Shown one piece after another: positions 60,168 to 61,366 of a stretch of DNA of 61,366 nt. The notes beneath the pieces are model-generated. The model saw nothing but the letters and a program-made list of their open reading frames with translations, was not told the origin of the DNA and made no database searches. The DNA is from Gekko japonicus. Lineage: Eukaryota. Where the stretch lies: the NCBI RefSeq assembly GCF_001447785.1, contig NW_015159727.1, positions 553,060-614,425 of the forward strand, read 5' to 3'. Each line of letters opens with the position of its first letter. Position 1 is the stretch's first letter. Position numbers and translations under genes: made by a program.

Positions 60168-61366
60168 AAGAACATAAGAGACGCCTAATGTGTAAGCCCG
60201 CAAGCCTGCTATGGTGTTTTTATGGACTGTGTTACACTGTACCTGATGAAGTGTGCCAACAACGGACTGTGCCTGAAATTGACATGCTGTGAGCGCCCAA
60301 TGAGGATCCATACCAAAGACTGTGTTCCTGCAATGGTTGTTATTCCAAAAGGTGTTCCCGTGTCTAGTGCACGCCATAGAACAAAGCACATGGCCACAGA
60401 AAGCACAAGACGCCATTTCAAACCAGCCGCATGGTCACCTACCTCCAGGGGGCCCCCCTCCCCCTCACACCAACGAAGCTGCACGCACTCACAAAGACCC
60501 GGTATTCAGCCTGGCCGCATGGACATGAGTCATCCATCTGCATACTAATACTCCTAGCCCAGGTGTCTTGATTGAGTTAGAAACTAGATCTCAAATTGCC
60601 CGCCAGTCCCTTGGCCCACCCAAAGAAATACAGTAGCCAATCACAGACCCTTTGGCTATGACAGAACACTGTGTCATAGGGGAGGTCCCCTGGACCCAGC
60701 TCCTCCTCTAGACCCCTTTGATATAATCAAGAATGCACCCACAGTTCTCTCTCTTACGTTCCTGCTCTTGAGCTCTCTACCCTGGAACCCCCCATCACTC
60801 TCTAACGACTCCCTCTACAAAACCTGCTTTACCTCTTAAGTCCAGCTTGCTATCCCATACCCTACCCATCCTTCTTTACGTTCTAGTATTGCGCAGCTAG
60901 AACTTCTTGGCATGTGGTCTTAGCTGGTCTGAGTCCATTCGCCATTCTTTTCCAATTTTCTCCCCATCCTTACCCCTTCGCTGGAAGTTTGGAGCCACGC
61001 AGTTGCAGCTAGGTAATTATAACCCAGAGCATCAACCACCATAACTGTGTTGTATTATTCTATATTAATTTCTTAGTTCTTGTGTGCTGTGATTGTTGTA
61101 TGTTTTTGAGTGAAGTGTACCAGTAAACTATTATTATTATTAAGGAAGTTTGCCTCAGTCTTTCATTGGGAACCTCGGAAACAGCGCCATCCTCCGTAAA
61201 CATAGAGGAAGAATCCTGATAATAATAACTGTACCGGTTGTTTCCCTTAAAGAGCAATTCGGCTAACAAATGTTGGATCAGACCAAAGGCCCATCCAGTC
61301 CAACATTCTGTCACACAGTGGCCAAAAATACCAGGTGCCATCAGGAGGTGCACCAGTGGGCCCAGG
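60168..61366 (-). mobile_element. CR1 3' end split by the solo LTR (continues past the window edge)
   Basis: aagaacataagagacgcct-aatg rejoins ttggatcagaccaaaggcccatccagtccaac. Confidence 0.85.
60191..61268 (+). mobile_element. Solo LTR (1078 bp), Gypsy- or ERV-type
   Basis: TGTAAGCC...GGCTAACA imperfect inverted termini; 4-bp TSD AATG (60187-60190 and 61269-61272); CCAAT at ~60637, TATAA at ~60722, AGTAAA at ~61122; splits a CR1 tail. Confidence 0.9.

Noticed and set aside
60235-60305. CTGATGA...GAAA inside the LTR, a possible hammerhead
   Set aside because: Stem II is only ~2 bp, there is no stem I partner, and G sits at the cleavage position.

Overview
Eukaryotic (vertebrate) genomic DNA, almost certainly from a squamate reptile and probably a gecko, judged from three Sauria SINEs, two Squam3-like SINEs and CR1/L2 LINEs. 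It contains three N-gaps (9439-9825, 19216-19246, 47730-48597). Most of the window is nested transposon sequence: a degraded DIRS element, Ngaro-type tyrosine-recombinase retroelement fragments, CR1, L2 and RTE-X-like LINE pieces, a decayed hAT transposase, many hAT and Harbinger-type MITEs with target-site duplications (TSDs), and solo LTRs. The main findings are: (i) two independently inserted, diverged ~1.8-kb L1-like elements that encode only ORF1 (5'UTR-ORF1-3'UTR-polyA, each with its own TSD), i.e. a 'half-L1' (HAL1-like) non-autonomous lineage, with an intact 336-aa ORF1 in one copy; (ii) a degenerate hammerhead-ribozyme fold at 954-1020 (-); (iii) three small, phase-compatible + strand exons that splice into an unrecognised membrane protein; (iv) a tandem-plus-inverted duplication with junction microhomology. 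All calls were made by eye with no database searches, so family names are best matches from recalled motifs.
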